From positions 3,224,001 through 3,288,000 of the forward strand of contig NC_043025.1 in assembly GCF_006345805.1 (NCBI RefSeq): a stretch of 64,000 nt of DNA. The letters are read 5' to 3'. Made by a program: the position numbers and the translations under genes. Positions within the stretch are counted from its first letter, which is position 1. The number at the start of each line of letters is the position of its first letter. The notes beneath the pieces were generated by a model, which was not told the DNA's origin, did not search any database, and saw nothing but the letters and a program-made list of their open reading frames with translations. Source of the stretch: Octopus sinensis (Eukaryota). Positions 62,752-64,000 of the stretch are shown in pieces.

Positions 62752-63830
62752 AGGAAAAGACTGAGAGGGAGAGCGAGAAAGTGGGGGTGGTTCAGGCAGC
62801 TTGCGACCATGAAATGTGTCTGTATATGGGTGCGGCTGTGTGGTGACACACTTGCTTCCCAACCACATGGTTCCCAGTTCAGTTCCACTGGATGGCAGCA
62901 TGGGAAAGTGTCTTCTTCTATTGCCTTGGGCCGACCAAAGCTTTGTGAGTGGATTTGGTAGACGGAAACTGAAAGAAGCCCGTCGCATGTGCGCATGTGT
63001 GCGCACGCGAGTGTGTGTGCAAGTGTGTGTGTGTGTGTTTGTGCTTAGTGAGAGAGGGGGAGTATCAGCTGAGAGAGAAAACAGACGCTTCTAAATAAGA
63101 ATTTTCATTTCAGGGCACTTGGCTGTTATTTCTAGCATCATGAGAGACTACCAATGGGACAATATTTTTACGGATGCTACTTCAAGTAGACTCCATTTGC
63201 TTATGAAATACAAATTACAGGGTACTTGGCTGATGTTTTTTAACATAAAGCCACTCTATCCGTGGGGTAATATTTTGACAGACGATTCTGCAATTGTCCT
63301 TTACTCTCAATTAAAGAAAACGGAATTTTCAAGATACTAGGCTGTTATCTTTAGCATAATGTGAGAGTACTCGCAAGACAATATTTCTACACAGGATTGC
63401 TCATGTCATTCAATCTTTTATGACAACAACGCAATTTTCAGAACACTTCGCTGTTATTTCTAGCATGACTTGAGAACATCTGCATGAAAATATTTTTACA
63501 GAGCTTTTTAATATATCGTTGAAATACTTCTTAAAGTGTCCTCCAATGTTATATGAAAGACAACGCAAGTTTCAGGACACTTGGCTGTTATTTCTAGCAT
63601 GACTTTAGACCATCTGCAAAACAGTATTTTTATTGGCTGCGTGATAAGAAGCTTGTTTTCCAACGACGCGCCTCCAAGTTCAGTTTCACTGCCTGACACC
63701 TGGGGCCTACCAGAGCCTTGTGAGAGGTTTTCGTTGGCGAAAACTTAAAGACGCCTGTCGTACATACATACATGTGTGTGTGTTGTGTGTGTTGCGTGTG
63801 TGTGTACGTGTGTGTATCTCGCCGTATATC

Positions 63831-63953
<123 letters not shown>

Positions 63954-64000
63954 AGATATAGGGTAAAAATTATTAATTTATAATTAATAAATTTCACCAA

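Overview
This is eukaryotic, microsatellite- and TE-dense DNA. It is probably cephalopod (Octopus-like); that rests on my recollection of the tRNA-derived SINE sequences and on the AAT/AT/AC repeat load, not on a search. (1) Bases 1-11.2 kb hold the 5' half of a minus-strand, multi-exon gene for a secreted or membrane leucine-rich-repeat (LRR) protein, which the ORF track largely misses. It has a signal peptide + LRRNT exon (10673-10483) followed by nine single-LRR phase-2/phase-2 exons: eight of 72 nt and one of 71 nt (frameshifted). Each exon sits in a duplicated intron module with its own long (GAA/GAG)n tract. The exons have amplified as a period-3 block, and the gene runs off the left edge. 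(2) Bases 11.2-26.3 kb are a nested TE cluster: a non-autonomous Helitron, a near-full-length but disabled Tx1-clade LINE, an R4/Hero-like LINE 3' end, an older fragmented Tx1, CR1, mariner, and a Buster-type hAT interrupted by a TG..CA insert. (3) Bases 26.3-57.7 kb are a tandem segmental array with three recent 5.9-7.6 kb units plus older copies. The array carries seven copies of a minus-strand module with promoter-like motifs and an invariant 44-nt ATG...GTGAGC exon-like segment encoding a signal-peptide-like leader. (4) Bases 58-64 kb contain CR1-group and Tx1 LINE fragments, SINEs and microsatellites. I found no rRNA, true tRNA or CRISPR array. Almost all long ORFs in the track are microsatellite artefacts.
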